Source of the DNA: Eledone cirrhosa
Taxonomy: Eukaryota
Reading direction: 5' to 3'
Length of the DNA stretch: 64,000 bases
Assembly: GCA_964016885.1 (NCBI GenBank)
Contig: OZ024744.1
Coordinates: 109,864,001 to 109,928,000, forward strand
Below the pieces are notes generated by a model, which did not search any database, had not been told where the DNA came from, and saw only the letters and a program-made list of their open reading frames with translations. A program made the position numbers and the translations under genes. Shown here piece after piece: positions 15,001-30,000 of the stretch; the stretch's first letter is position 1, and every line of letters starts with the position of its first letter.

Positions 15001-18000
15001 GTCCATGTCTCTATACCTCTCTGTCCCTGTGTCTCTACCTCTCTGTCCCTGTCTCTCTACCTCTCTGTCCCTGTGTATCTACCTCACTGTCCTTGTGTCG
15101 CTACCTCACTGTCCATGTCTCTCTACCTCTCTGTCCATGTGTTTCTACCTCCCTGTCCCTGTCTCTCTACCTCACTGTCCATGTGTCTCTACCTCTCTGT
15201 CCCTGTGTGTCTACCTCTCTGTCCATGTGTTTCTACCTCTCTGTCCATGTCTCTCTACCTCTCTGTCCATGTGTCTCTACCTCTCTGTCCATGTCTCTCT
15301 ACTTCACTGTCCATGTGTCTCTACCTCTCTGTCCCTGTGTGTCTACCTCTCTGTCCATGTGTTTCTACCTCTCTGTCCATGTCTCTCTACCTCTCTGTCC
15401 CTGTGTCTCTACCTCTCTGTCCCTGTGTCTCTACCTCTCTGTCCCTGTGTCTCTACCTCTCTGTCCATGTGTCTCTACCTCTCTGTCCATGTGTCTCTAC
15501 CTCACTGTCCCTGTGTCTCTACCTCACTGTCCATGTGTCTCTACCTCTCTGTCCCTGTCTCTACCTCTCTGTCCATGTGTCTCTACCTCTCTGTCCATGT
15601 GTCTCTATTTCTCTGTCCATGTGTCTCTACCTCTCTGTCCATGTGTCTCTACCTCTCTGTCCATGTCTCTCTACCTCTCTGTCCCTGTGTCTCTACCTCT
15701 CTGTCCATGTGTATCTACCTCTCTGTCCCTGTGTCTCTACCTCTCTGTCCATGTGTCTCTACCTCCCTGTCCCTGTCTCTACCTCTCTGTCCATGTCTCT
15801 CTACCTCTCTGTCCCTGTGTCTCTACCTCTCTGTCCCTGTGTCTCTACCTCTCTGTCCATGTCTCTCTACCTCTCTGTCCCTGTGTCTCTACCTCTCTGT
15901 CTCTGTGTCTCTACCTCACTGTCCATGTGTCTCTACCTCTCTGTCCATGTGTCTCTACCTCTCTGTCCATGTGTCTCTACCTCACTGTCCATGTGTCTCT
16001 ACCTCTCTGTCCATGTGTCTCTACCTCACTGTCCATGTGTCTCTACCTCTCTGTCCATGTGTCTCTACCTCTCTGTCCATGTGTCTCTACCTCACTGTCC
16101 ATGTGTCTCTACCTCTCTGTCCATGTGTCTCTACCTCACTGTCCATGTGTCTCTACCTCTCTGTCTATGTGTCTCTACCTCTCTGTCCATGTGTCTCTAC
16201 CTCACTGTCCATGTGTCTCTACCTCTCTGTCCATGTGTCTCTACCTCCCTGTCCCTGTCTCTACCTCTCTGTCCATGTGTCTCTATCTCTCTGTCCATGT
16301 CTCTCTACCTCTCTGTCCCTGTGTCTCTACCTCTCTGTCCATGTCTCTCTACCTCTCTGTCCATATCTCTCTACCTCTCTGTCCCTGTGTCTCTACCTCT
16401 CTGTCCCTGTGTCTCTACCTCTCTGTCCCTGTGTCTCTACCTCTCTGTCCCTGTGTCTCTACCTCTCTGTCCCTGTGTCTCTACCTCTCTGTCCCTGTCT
16501 CTACCTCTCTGTCCATGTGTCTCTACCTCTCTGTCCATGTCTCTCTACCTCTCTGTCCCTGTCTCTACCTCTCTGTCCATGTGTCTCTACCTCTCTGTCC
16601 ATGTGTCTCTACCTCCCTGTCCCTGTCTCTACCTCTCTGTCCATGTGTCTCTACCTCTCTGTCCATGTCTCTCTACCTCTCTGTCCATGTGTCTCTTCCT
16701 CTCTGTCCATGTGTCTCTACCTCTCTGTCCCTGTGTCTCTACCTCTCTGTCCCTGTGTCTCTACCTCTCTGTCCATGTCTCTCTACCTCACTGTCCATGT
16801 GTCTCTTCCTCTCTGTCCATGTCTCTCTACCTCTCTGTCCATGTGTCTCTACCTCTCTGTCCATGTCTCTCTACCTCACTGTCCATGTGTCTCTTCCTCT
16901 CTGTCCATGTCTCTCTACCTCTCTGTCCATGTGTCTCTACCTCTCTGTCCATGTGTCTCTACCTCTCTGTCCCTGTGTCTCTACCTCACTGTCCATGTGT
17001 CTCTACCTCTCTGTCCATGTGTCTCTACCTCCCTGTCCCTGTCTCTACCTCTCTGTCCATGTGTCTCTACCTCACTGTCCATGTGTCTCTACCTCACTGT
17101 CCATGTGTCTCTACCTCTCTGTCCATGTGTCTCTACCTCCCTGTCCCTGTCTCTACCTCTCTGTCCATGTCTCTCTACCTCTCTGTCCATGTCTCTCTAC
17201 CTCTCTGTCCATGTGTCTCTACCTCTCTGTCCCTGTGTCTCTACCTCTCTGTCCATGCCTCTCTACCTCTCTGTCCCTGTGTCTCTACCTCTCTGTCCCT
17301 GTGTCTCTACCTCTCTGTCCCTGTGTCTCTACCTCTCTGTCCATGTGTCTCTACCTCTCTGTCCATGTCTCTCTACCTCTCTGTCCATGCCTCTCTACCT
17401 CTCTGTCCCTGTGTCTCTACCTCTCTGTCCCTGTGTCTCTACCTCTCTGTCCCTGTGTCTCTACCTCTCTGTCGATGTGTCTCTACCTCTCTGTCCATGT
17501 GTCTCTACCTCTCTGTCCATGTGTCTCTACCTCCCTATCCCTGTGTCTCTACCTCTCTGTCCCTGTGTCTCTACCTCTCTGTCCATGTGTCTCTACCTCT
17601 CTGTCCATGTGGCTCTACCTCTCTGTCCCTGTGTCTCTACCTCTCTGTCCCTGTCTCTCTACCTCTCTGTTCATGTCTCTCTACCTCTCTGTCCATGTCT
17701 CTCTACCTATCTGTCCATGTGTCTCTACCTCTCTGTCCCTGTGTCTCTACCTCTCTGTCCATGTGTCTCTACCTCTCTGTCCATGTCTCTCTACCTCTCT
17801 GTCCATGTCTCTCTATCTCTCCGTCCCTGTCTCTCTACCTCTCTGTCCCTGTGTCTCTACCTCTCTGTCTCTGTGTTTCTACCTCACTGTCCCTGTGTCT
17901 CTACCTCACTGTCCCTGTGTCTCTACCTCTCTGTCCATGTGTCTCTACCTCTCTGTCCATGTGTCTCTACCTCTCTGTCCATGTGTCTCTATCTCTCTGT

Positions 18001-21000
18001 CCATGTGTCTCTACCTCTCTGTCCAAGTGTGTCTACCTCTCTGTCCATGTGTCTCTACCTCTCTGTCCATGTCTCTCTACCTCTCTGTCCCTGTGTCTCT
18101 ACCTCACTGTCCATGTGTCTCTATTTCTCTGTCCATGTGTCTCTACCTCTCTGTACCTGTGTCTCTACCTCACTGTCCATGTGTTTCTACCTCTCTGTCC
18201 ATGTGTCTCTACCTCTCTGACCATGTGTCTCTACCTCTCTGTCCATGTGTCTCTACCTCACTGTCCATGTGTCTCTACCTCTCTGTCCATGTGTCTCTAC
18301 CTATCTGTCCATGTGTCTCTACCTCCCTGTCCCTGTCTCTACCTCTCTGTCCCTGTGTCTCTACCTCTCTGTCCATGTCTCTATACCTCTCTGTCCCTGT
18401 GTCTCTACCTCTCTGTACATGTCTCTCTACCTCTCTGTCCATGTGTTTCTACCTCCCTGTCCCTGTCTCTACCTCACTGTCCCTGTGTCTCTACCTCACT
18501 GTCCATGTCTCTCTACCTCACTGTCCATGTGTCTCTACCTCTCTGTCCATGTGTGTCTACCTCTCTGTCCATGTGTTTCTACCTCTCTGTCCATGTCTCT
18601 CTACCTCTCTGTCCCTGTGTCTCTACCTCTCTGTCCCTGTGTCTCTATCTCTCTGTCCCTGTCTCTCTACCTCTCTGTCCATGTGTCTCTACCTCTCTGT
18701 CCATGTGTCTCTACCTCTCTGTCCATGTCTCTCTACCTCTCTGTCCATGTGTCTCTACCTCACTGTCCATGTCTCTCTACCTCACTGTCCATGTGTCTCT
18801 ACCTCTCTGTCCATGTCTCTCTACCTCACTGTCCATGTGTCTCTACCTCTCTGTCCCTGTCTCTCTACCTCTCTGTCCATGTGTCTCTACCTCTCTGTCC
18901 CTGTGTCTCTACCTCACTGTCCATGTGTCTCTACCTCTCTATCCCTGTGTCTCTACCTCTCTGTCCATGTGTCTCTATTTCTCTGTCCATGTGTCTCTAC
19001 CTCTCTGTCCCTGTGTCTCTACCTCTCTGTCCATGTGTCTCTACCTCTCTGTCCATGTGTCTCTACCTCTCTGTCCCTGTGTCTCTACCTCTCTGTCCCT
19101 GTGTCTCTACCTCTCTGTCCATGTGTCTCTACCTCTCTCTCCCTGTGTCTCTACCTCTCTGTCCATGTGTCTCTACTTCTCTGTCCCTGTGTCTCTACCT
19201 CTCTGTCCATGTGTCTCTACCTCTCTGTCCATGTGTCTCTACCTCCCTATCCCTGTGTCTCTACCTCTCTGTCCCTGTGTCTCTACCTCTCTGTCCATGT
19301 GTCTCTACCTCTCTCTCCCTGTGTCTCTACCTCTCTGTCCCTGTGTCTCTACCTCTCTGTCCCTGTGTCTCTACCTCTCTGTCCATGTGTCTCTACCTCT
19401 CTGTCCATGTGTCTCTACCTCTCTGTCCAAGTGTCTCTACCTCACTGTCCCTGTGTCTCTACCTCTCTGTCCATGTGTCTCTACCTCACTGTCCCTGTGT
19501 CTCTACCTCACTGTCCATGTGTCTCTATCTCTCCGTCCCTGTCTCTCTACCTCTCTGTCCCTGTGTCTCTACCTCTCTGTCTCTGTGTCTCTACCTCACT
19601 GTCCCTGTGTCTCTACCTCACTGTCCCTGTGTCTCTACCTCTCTGTCCATGTGTCTCTACCTCTCTGTCCATGTGTCTCTACCTCTCTGTCCATGTGTCT
19701 CTACCTCTCTGTCCATGTGTCTCTACCTCTCTGTCCAAGTGTGTCTACCTCTCTGTCCATGTGTCTCTACCTCTCTGTCCATGTCTCTCTACCTCTCTAT
19801 CCCTGTGTCTCTACCTCACTGTCCATGTGTCTCTATTTCTCTGTCCATGTGTCTCTACCTCACTGTCCCTGTGTCTCTACCTCTCTGTCCATGTCTCTCT
19901 ACCTCTCTATCCCTGTGTCTCTACCTCACTGTCCCTGTGTCTCTACCTCTCTGTCCATGTGTCTCTACCTCTCTGTCCATGTGTCTCTACCTCACTGTCC
20001 ATGTCTTTCTACCTCTCTGTCTATGTGTCTCTACCTCTCTGACCATGTGTCTCTACCTCTCTGTCCATGTGTCTCTACCTCACTGTCCCTGTGTCTCTAC
20101 CTCACTGTCCATGTGTCTCTACCTATCTGTCCATGTGTCTCTACCTCCCTGTCCCTGTCTCTACCTCTCTGTCCCTGTGTCTCTACCTCTCTGTCCATGT
20201 CTCTATACCTCTCTGTCCCTGTGTCTCTACCTCTCTGTCCCTGTCTCTCTACCTCTCTGTCCCTGTGTATCTACCTCACTGTCCATGTCTCTCTACCTCT
20301 CTGTCCATATCTCTCTACCTCTCTGTCCCTGTGTCTCTACCTCACTGTCCCTGTGTCGCTACCTCACTGTCCATGTCTCTCTACCTCTCTGTCCATGTGT
20401 TTCTACCTCCCTGTCCCTGTCTCTACCTCTCTGTCCATGTCTCTCTACCTCACTGTCCATGTGTCTCTACCTCTCTGTCCCTGTGTGTCTACCTCTCTGT
20501 CCATGTGTTTCTACCTCTCTGTCCATGTCTCTCTACCTCTCTGTCCCTGTGTCTCTACCTCTCTGTCCCTGTGTCTCTACCTCTCTGTCCCTGTGTCTCT
20601 ACCTCTCTGTCCATGTGTCTCTACCTCTCTGTCCATGTGTCTCTACCTCACTGTCCCTGTGTCTCTACCTCACTTTCCATGTGTCTCTACCTCTCTGTCC
20701 CTGTCTCTCTACCTCTCTGTCCATGTGTCTCTACCTCTCTGTCCATGTGTCTCTATTTCTCTGTCCATGTGTCTCTACCTCTCTGTCCATGTGTCTCTAC
20801 CTCTCTGTCCATGTCTCTCTACCTCTCTGTCCTTGTGTCTCTACCTCACTGTCCATGTGTATCTACCTCTCTGTCCCTGTGTCTCTACCTCTCTGTCCAT
20901 GTGTCTCTACCTCCCTGTCCCTGTCTCTACCTCTCTGTCCATGTCTCTCTACCTCTCTGTCCCTGTGTCTCTACCTCTCTGTCCCTGTGTCTCTACCTCT

Positions 21001-24000
21001 CTGTCCATGTCTCTCTACCTCTCTGTCCCTGTGTCTCTACCTCTCTGTCTCTGTGTCTCTACCTCACTGTCCATGTGTCTCTACCTCTCTGTCCATGTGT
21101 CTCTACCTCTCTGTCCATGTGTCTCTACCTCACTGTCCATGTGTCTCTACCTCTCTGTCCATGTGTCTCTACCTCACTGTCCATGTGTCTCTACCTCTCT
21201 GTCCATGTGTCTCTACCTCTCTGTCCATGTGTCTCTACCTCACTGTCCATGTGTCTCTACCTCTCTGTCCATGTGTCTCTACCTCACTGTCCATGTGTCT
21301 CTACCTCTCTGTCTATGTGTCTCTACCTCTCTGTCCATGTGTCTCTACCTCACTGTCCATGTGTCTCTACCTCTCTGTCCATGTGTCTCTACCTCACTGT
21401 CCATGTGTCTCTACCTCTCTGTCCATGTGTCTCTACCTCTCTGTCCATGTGTCTCTACCTCACTGTCCATGTGTCTCTACCTCTCTGTCCATGTGTCTCT
21501 ACCTCACTGTCCATGTGTCTCTACCTCTCTGTCTATGTGTCTCTACCTCTCTGTCCATGTGTCTCTACCTCTCTGTCCATGTGTCTCTACCTCCCTGTCC
21601 CTGTCTCTACCTCTCTGTCCATGTGTCTCTATCTCTCTGTCCATGTCTCTCTACCTCTCTGTCCCTGTGTCTCTACCTCTCTGTCCATGTCTCTCTACCT
21701 CTCTGTCCATATCTCTCTACCTCTCTGTCCCTGTGTCTCTACCTCTCTGTCCCTGTGTCTCTACCTCTCTGTCCCTGTGTCTCTACCTCTCTGTCCCTGT
21801 GTCTCTACCTCTCTGTCCCTGTGTCTCTACCTCTCTGTCTCTGTCTCTACCTCTCTGTCCATGTGTCTCTACCTCTCTGTCCATGTCTCTCTACCTCTCT
21901 GTCCCTGTCTCTACCTCTCTGTCCATGTGTCTCTACCTCTCTGTCCATGTGTCTCTACCTCCCTGTCCCTGTCTCTACCTCTCTGTCCATGTGTCTCTAC
22001 CTCTCTGTCCATGTCTCTCTACCTCTCTGTCCATGTGTCTCTTCCTCTCTGTCCATGTCTCTCTACCTCACTGTCCATGTGTCTCTTCCTCTCTGTCCAT
22101 GTCTCTCTACCTCTCTGTCCATGTGTCTCTACCTCTCTGTCCATGTGTCTCTACCTCTCTGTCCCTGTGTCTCTACCTCACTGTCCATGTGTCTCTACCT
22201 CTCTGTCCATGTGTCTCTACCTCCCTGTCCCTGTCTCTACCTCTCTGACCATGTGTCTCTACCTCACTGTCCATGTGTCTCTACCTCACTGTCCATGTGT
22301 CTCTACCTCTCTGTCCATGTGTCTCTACCTCCCTGTCCCTGTCTCTACCTCTCTGTCCATGTCTCTCTACCTCTCTGTCCATGTCTCTCTACCTCTCTGT
22401 CCATGTGTCTCTACCTCTCTGTCCCTGTGTCTCTACCTCTCTGTCCATGCCTCTCTACCTCTCTGTCCCTGTGTCTCTACCTCTCTGTCCCTGTGTCTCT
22501 ACCTCTCTGTCCCTGTGTCTCTACCTCTCTGTCCATGTGTCTCTACCTCTCTGTCCATGTCTCTCTACCTCTCTGTCCATGCCTCTCTACCTCTCTGTCC
22601 CTGTGTCTCTACCTCTCTGTCCCTGTGTCTCTACCTCTCTGTCCCTGTGTCTCTACCTCTCTGTCGATGTGTCTCTACCTCTCTGTCCATGTGTCTCTAC
22701 CTCTCTGTCCATGTGTCTCTACCTCCCTATCCCTGTGTCTCTACCTCTCTGTCCCTGTGTCTCTACCTCTCTGTCCATGTGTCTCTACCTCTCTGTCCAT
22801 GTGTCTCTACCTCTCTGTCCCTGTGTCTCTACCTCTCTGTCCCTGTCTCTCTACCTCTCTGTTCATGTCTCTCTACCTCTCTGTCCATGTCTCTCTACCT
22901 ATCTGTCCATGTGTCTCTACCTCTCTGTCCCTGTGTCTCTACCTCTCTGTCCATGTGTCTCTACCTCTCTGTCCATGTCTCTCTACCTCTCTGTCCATGT
23001 CTCTCTATCTCTCCGTCCCTGTCTCTCTACCTCTCTGTCCCTGTGTCTCTACCTCTCTGTCTCTGTGTCTCTACCTCACTGTCCCTGTGTCTCTACCTCA
23101 CTGTCCCTGTGTCTCTACCTCTCTGTCCATGTGTCTCTACCTCTCTGTCCATGTGTCTCTACCTCTCTGTCCATGTGTCTCTATCTCTCTGTCCATGTGT
23201 CTCTACCTCTCTGTCCAAGTGTGTCTACCTCTCTGTCCATGTGTCTCTACCTCTCTGTCCATGTCTCTCTACCTCTCTGTCCCTGTGTCTCTACCTCACT
23301 GTCCATGTGTCTCTATTTCTCTGTCCATGTGTCTCTACCTCTCTGTACCTGTGTCTCTACCTCACTGTCCATGTGTTTCTACCTCTCTGTCCATGTGTCT
23401 CTACCTCTCTGACCATGTGTCTCTACCTCTCTGTCCATGTGTCTCTACCTCACTGTCCCTGTGTCTCTACCTCTCTGTCCATGTGTCTCTACCTATCTGT
23501 CCATGTGTCTCTACCTCCCTGTCCCTGTCTCTACCTCTCTGTCCCTGTGTCTCTACCTCTCTGTCCATGTCTCTATACCTCTCTGTCCCTGTGTCTCTAC
23601 CTCTCTGTCCCTGTCTCTCTACCTCTCTGTCCCTGTGTCTCTACCTCACTGTCCTTGTGATCGCTACCTCACTGTCCATGTCTCTCTACCTCTCTGTCCA
23701 TGTGTTTCTACCTCCCTGTCCCTGTCTCTACCTCACTGTCCATGTGTCTCTACCTCTCTGTCCCTGTGTGTCTACCTCTCTGTCCATGTGTTTCTACCTC
23801 TCTGTCCATGTCTCTCTACCTCTCTGTCCCTGTGTCTCTACCTCTCTGTCCCTGTGTCTCTATCTCTCTGTCCCTGTCTCTCTACCTCTCTGTCCATGTG
23901 TCTCTACCTCTCTGTCCATGTGTCTCTATTTCTCTGTCCATGTGTCTCTACCTCTCTGTCCATGTGTCTCTACCTCTCTGTCCATGTCTCTCTACCTCTC

Positions 24001-27000
24001 TGTCCTTGTGTCTCTACCTCACTGTCCATGTGTCTCTACCTCTCTGTCCCTGTGTCTCTACCTCTCTGTCCATGTGTCTCTACCTCCCTGTCCCTGTCTC
24101 TACCTCTCTGTCCATGTCTCTCTACCTCTCTGTCCCTGTGTCTCTACCTCTCTGTCCCTGTGTCTCTACCTCTCTGTCCATGTCTCTCTACCTCTCTGTC
24201 CCTGTGTCTCTACCTCTCTGTCCCTGTGTCTCTACCTCACTGTCCATGTGTCTCTACCTCTCTGTCCATGTATCTCTACCTCTCTGTCCATGTGTCTCTA
24301 CCTCACTGTCCATGTGTCTCTACCTCTCTGTCCATGTGTCTCTACCTCACTGTCCATGTTTCTCTACCTCTCTGTCCATGTGTCTCTACCTCTCTGTCCA
24401 TGTGTCTCTACCTCACTGTCCATGTGTCTCTACCTCTCTGTCCATGTGTCTCTACCTCACTGTCCATGTGTCTCTACATCTCTGTCTATGTGTCTCTACC
24501 TCTCTGTCCATGTGTCTCTACCTCACTGTCCATGTGTCTCTACCTCTCTGTCCATGTGTCTCTACCTCCCTGTCCCTGTCTCTACCTCTCTGTCCATGTG
24601 TCTCTATCTCTCTGTCCATGTCTCTCTACCTCTCTGTCCCTGTGTCTCTACCTCTCTGTCCCTGTGTCTCTACCTCTCTGTCCATGTGTCTCTACCTCTC
24701 TGTCCATGTGTCTCTACCTCTCTGTCCATGTCTCTCTACCTCTCTGTCCATATCTCTCTACCTCTCTGTCCCTGTGTCTCTACCTCTCTGTCCCTGTGTC
24801 TCTACCTCTCTGTCCCTGTGTCTCTACCTCTCTGTCCCTGTGTCTCTACCTCTCTGTCCCTGTGTCTCTACCTCCCTGTCCCTGTCTCTACCTCTCTGTC
24901 CATGTGTCTCTATCTCTCTGTCCATGTCTCTCTACCTCTCTGTCCCTGTGTCTCTACCTCTCTGTCCCTGTGTCTCTACCTCTCTGTCCATGTGTCTCTA
25001 CCTCTCTGTCCATGTGTCTCTACCTCTCTGTCCATGTCTCTCTACCTCTCTGTCCATATCTCTCTACCTCTCTGTCCCTGTGTCTCTACCTCTCTGTCCC
25101 TGTGTCTCTACCTCTCTGTCCCTGTGTCTCTACCTCTCTGTCCCTGTGTCTCTACCTCTCTGTCCCTGTGTCTCTACCTCTCTGTCCCTGTGTCTCTACC
25201 TCTCTGTCCCTGTGTCTCTACCTCTCTGTCCCTGTGTCTCTACCTCTCTGTCCCTGTCTCTACCTCTCTGTCCATGTGTCTCTACCTCTCTGTCCATGTC
25301 TCTCTACCTCTCTGTCCCTGTCTCTACCTCTCTGTCCATGTGTCTCTACCTCTCTGTCCATGTGTCTCTACCTCCCTGTCCCTGTCTCTACCTCTCTGTC
25401 CATGTGTCTCTTCCTCTCTGTCCATGTCTCTCTACCTCACTGTCCATGTGTCTCTTCCTCTCTGTCCATGTCTCTCTACCTCTCTGTCCATGCCTCTCTA
25501 CCTCTCTGTCCCTGTGTCTCTACCTCTCTGTCCCTGTGTCTCTACCTCTCTGTCCCTGTGTCTCTACCTCTCTGTCCATGTGTCTCTACCTCACTGTCCA
25601 TGTCTCTCTACCTCACTGTCCCTGTGTCTCTACCTCTCTGTCCCTATGTCTCTACCTCTCTGTCCATGTGTCTCTACCTCTCTGTCCATGTGTCTCTACC
25701 TCTCTGTCCATGTCTCTCTACCTCACTGTCCATGTGTCTCTTCCTCTCTGTCCATGTCTCTCTACCTCTCTGTCCCTGTGTCTCTACCTCACTGTCCATG
25801 TGTCTCTACCTCTCTGTCCATGTGTCTCTACCTCCCTGTCCCTGTCTCTACCTCTCTGTCCATGTGTCTCTACCTCACTGTCCATGTGTCTCTACCTCAC
25901 TGTCCATGTGTCTCTACCTCTCTGTCCATGTGTCTCTACCTCCCTGTCCCTGTCTCTACCTCTCTGTCCATGTCTCTCTACCTCTCTGTCCATGTCTCTC
26001 TACCTCTCTGTCCATGTGTCTCTACCTCTCTGTCCCTGTGTCTCTACCTCTCTGTCCATGCCTCTCTACCTCTCTGTCCCTGTGTCTCTACCTCTCTGTC
26101 CCTGTGTCTCTACCTCTCTGTCCCTGTGTCTCTACCTCTCTGTCCATGTGTCTCTACCTCTCTGTCCATGTCTCTCTACCTCTCTGTCCATGCCTCTCTA
26201 CCTCTCTGTCCCTGGGTCTCTACCTCTCTGTCCCTGTGTCTCTACCTCTCTTTCCCTGTGTCTCTACCTCTCTGTCGATGTGTCTCTACCTCTCTGTCCA
26301 TGTGTCTCTACCTCTCTGTCCATGTGTCTCTACCTCCCTATCCCTGTGTCTCTACCTCTCTGTCCCTGTGTCTCTACCTCTCTGTCCATGTGTCTCTACC
26401 TCTCTGTCCATGTGTCTCTACCTCTCTGTCCCTGTGTCTCTACCTCTCTGTCCCTGTGTCTCTACCTCTCTGTCCATGTGTCTCTACCTCTCTGTCCATG
26501 TGTCTCTACCTCTCTGTCCCTGTGTCTCTACCTCTCTGTCCCTGTGTCTCTACCTCTCTGTCCCTGTGTCTCTACCTCTCTGTCCCTGTGTCTCTACGCC
26601 TCTGTCCATGTGTCTCTACCTCTCTGTCCATGTGTCTCTACCTCACTGTCCCTGTGTCTCTACCTCTCTGTCCCTGTGTCTCCACCTCTCTGTCCATGTG
26701 TCTCTACCTCACTGTCCCTGTGTCTCTACCTGTCTGTCCATGTCTCTCTATCTCTCTGTCCATGTCTCTCTACCTCTCTGTCCATGTCTCTCTATCTCTC
26801 TGTCCATGTCTCTCTACCTCTCTGTCCCTGTGTATCTACCTCTCTGTCCATGTCTCTCTACCTCACTGTCCATGTCTCTCTACCTCACTGTCCCTGTCTC
26901 TCTACCTCTCTGTCCATGTGTCTCTTCCTCTCTGTCCATGTCTCTCTACCTCTCTGTCCCTGTGTCTCTACCTCTCTGTCCATGTGTCTCTACCTCTCTG

Positions 27001-30000
27001 TCCCTGTGTCGCTACCTCTCTGTCCCTGTGTCTCTACCTCTCTGTCCCTGTGTCTCTACCTCTCTGTCCATGTGTCTCTACCTCTCTGTCCATGTGTCTC
27101 AACCTCTCTCTCCATGTGTCTCTACCTCTCTGTCCATGTGTCTCTACCTCTCTCTCCCTGTGTCTCTACCTCTCTGTCCATGTCTCTCTACCTCTCTGTC
27201 CATGTCTCTCTACCTCACTGTACATGTCTCTCTACCTCTCTGTCCCTGTGTCTCTACCTCTCTGTCCCTGTGTCTCTACCTCTCTGTCCATGTCTCTCTA
27301 CCTCTCTCTCCCTGTGTCTCTACCTCTCTGTCCATGTCTCTCTACCTCTCTGTCCATGTCTCTCTACCTCACTGTACATGTCTCTCTACTTCTCTGTCCC
27401 TGTGTCTCTACCTCTCTGTCCATGTGTCTCTACCTCTCTGTCCATGTCTCTCTACCTCTCTGTCCCTGTGTCTCTACCTCTCTGTCCATGTCTCTCTACC
27501 TCACTGTCCATGTATCTCTACCTCACTGTCCATGTGTCTCTATTTCTCTATCCCTGTGTCTCTACCTCACTGTCCCTGTCTCTACCTCTCTGTCCATGTG
27601 TCTCTACCTCTCTGTCCCTGGATCTCTACCTTCACTTCCCTGTGTCTCTACCTCTCTGTCCCTGTGTCTCTACCTCACTGTCCATGTCTCTCTACCTCTC
27701 TGTCCATGTGTCTCTACCTCACTGTCCCTGTGTCTCTACCTCTCTGTCCATGTCTCTCTACCTCTCTGTCCCTGTGTCTCTACCTCTCTGTCCCTGTGTC
27801 TCTACCTCTCTGTCCATGTCTCTCTACCTCACTGTCCATGTGTCTCTATTTCTCTGTCCCTGTGTCTCTACATCACTGTCCATTTCTCTCTACCTCACCG
27901 TCCATGTGTCTCTATTTCTCTGTCCCTGTGTCTCTACCTCTCTGTCCATGTGTCTCTACCTCTCTGTCCCTGGATCTCTACCTTCACTTCCCTGTATCTC
28001 TACCTCTCTGTCCCTGTGTCTCTACCTCTCTGTCCCTGTGTCTCTACCTCTCTGTCCCTGTGCCTCTACCTCTCTGTCCCTGTGTCTCTACCTCTCTGTC
28101 CATGTGTCTCTACCTCTCTGTCCATGTGTCTCTACCTCTCTGTCCATGTGTCTGTACCTCTCTGTCCATGTGTCTCTACCTATCTGTCCCTGTGTCTCTA
28201 CCTCTCTGTCCCTATGTCTCTATCTCTCTGTCCATGTGTCTCTACCTCTCTGTCCCTGTGTTTCTACCTCTCTGTCCATGTGTCTCTACCTCTCTGTCCC
28301 TGTGTCTCTACCTCTCTGTCCCTGTGTCTCTACCTCTCTGTCCATGTGTCTCTACCTCTCTGTCCATGTGTCTCTACCTCTCTGTCCATGTCTCTCTACC
28401 TCTCTGTCCATGTGTCTCTACCGCACTGTCCCTGTGTCTCTACCAGACTGTCCCTGTATCTCTACCTCTCTGTCCCTGTGTCTCTACCTGTTTGTCCCTG
28501 TGTCTCTACCTCACTGTCCATGTGTCTCTACCTCTCTGTCCATGTCTCTCTACTTCACTGTCCCTGTGTCTCTACCTCTCTGTCCATGTGTCTCTACCTC
28601 TCTGTCCCTGGATCTCTACCTTCACTTCCCTGTGTCTCTACCTCTCTGTCCCTGTGTCTCTACCTCTCTGTCCCTGTGTCTCTACCTCTCTGTCCCTGTG
28701 TCTCTACCTCTCTGTACCTGTGTCTCTACCTCTCTGTCCATGTGTCTCTACCTCTCTGTCCATGTGTCTCTACCTCTCTGTCCATGTCTCTCTACCTCTC
28801 TGTCCATGTGTCTCTACCTCTCTGTCCATGTGTCTCTACCTCTCTGTCCATGTGTCTCTACCTATCTGTCCCTGTGTCTCTACCTCTCTGTCCCTGTGTC
28901 TCTACCTCTCTGTCCCTGTGTCTCTACCTCTCTGTCCATGTGTCTCTACCTCTCTGTCCATGTGTCTCTACCTCTCTGTCCATGTGTCTCTACCTCACTG
29001 TCCATGTGTCTCTACCTCTCTGTCCATGTGTCTCTACCTCTCTGTCCCTGTGTCTCTACCTCTCTGTCCATGTGTCTCTACCTCTCTGTCCATGTGTCTC
29101 TACCTATCTGTCCCTGTGTCTCTACCTCTCTGTCCCTATGTCTCTACCTCTCTGTCCATGTGTCTCTACCTCTCTGTCCTTGTGTCTCTACCTCTCTGTC
29201 CCTGTGTTTCTACCTCTCTGTCCATGTGTCTCTACCTCTCTGTCCCTGTGTCTCTACCTCTCTGTCCATGTGTCTCTACCTCTCTGTCCATGTGTCTCTA
29301 CCGCACTCTCCCTGTGTCTCTACCTCACTGTCCCTGTATCTCTACCTCTCTGTCCCTGTGTCTCTACCTCTCTGTCCCTGTGTCTCTACCTCACTGTCCC
29401 TGTGTCTCTACCTCTCTGTCCATGTCTCTCTACCTCTCTGTCCTTGTGTCTCTACCTCTCTGTCCATGTGTCTCTACCTCTCTGTCCCTGTGTCTCTACC
29501 TCTCTGTCCCTGTGTCTCTACCTCTCTGTCCCTGTGTCTCTACATCTCTGTCCATGTGTCTCTACCTCTCTGTCCATGTCTCTCTACCTCTCTGTCCCTG
29601 TGTCTCTACCTCTCTGTCCATGTGTCTCTACCTCACTTCCCTGTGTCTCTACCTCTCTGTCCATGCCTCTCTACCTCTCTGTCCCTGTGTCTCTACCTCA
29701 CTGTCCATGTCTCTCTACCTCACTGTCCATGTGTCTCTACCTCTCTGTTCATGTCTCTCTACCTCTCTGTCCATGTCTCTCTACCTCTCTGTCCATGTGT
29801 CTCTACCTCTCTGTCCATGTGTCTCTACCTCTCTGTCCCTGTGTCTCTACCTCTCTGTCCATGTGTCTCTACCTCTCTGTCCCTGTGTCTCTACCTCTCT
29901 GTCCATGTCTCTCTACCTCTCTGTCCCTGTGTCTCTACCTCTCTGTCCATGTGTCTCTACCTCTCTGTCCATGTGTCTCTACCTCACTGTCCCTGTGTCT

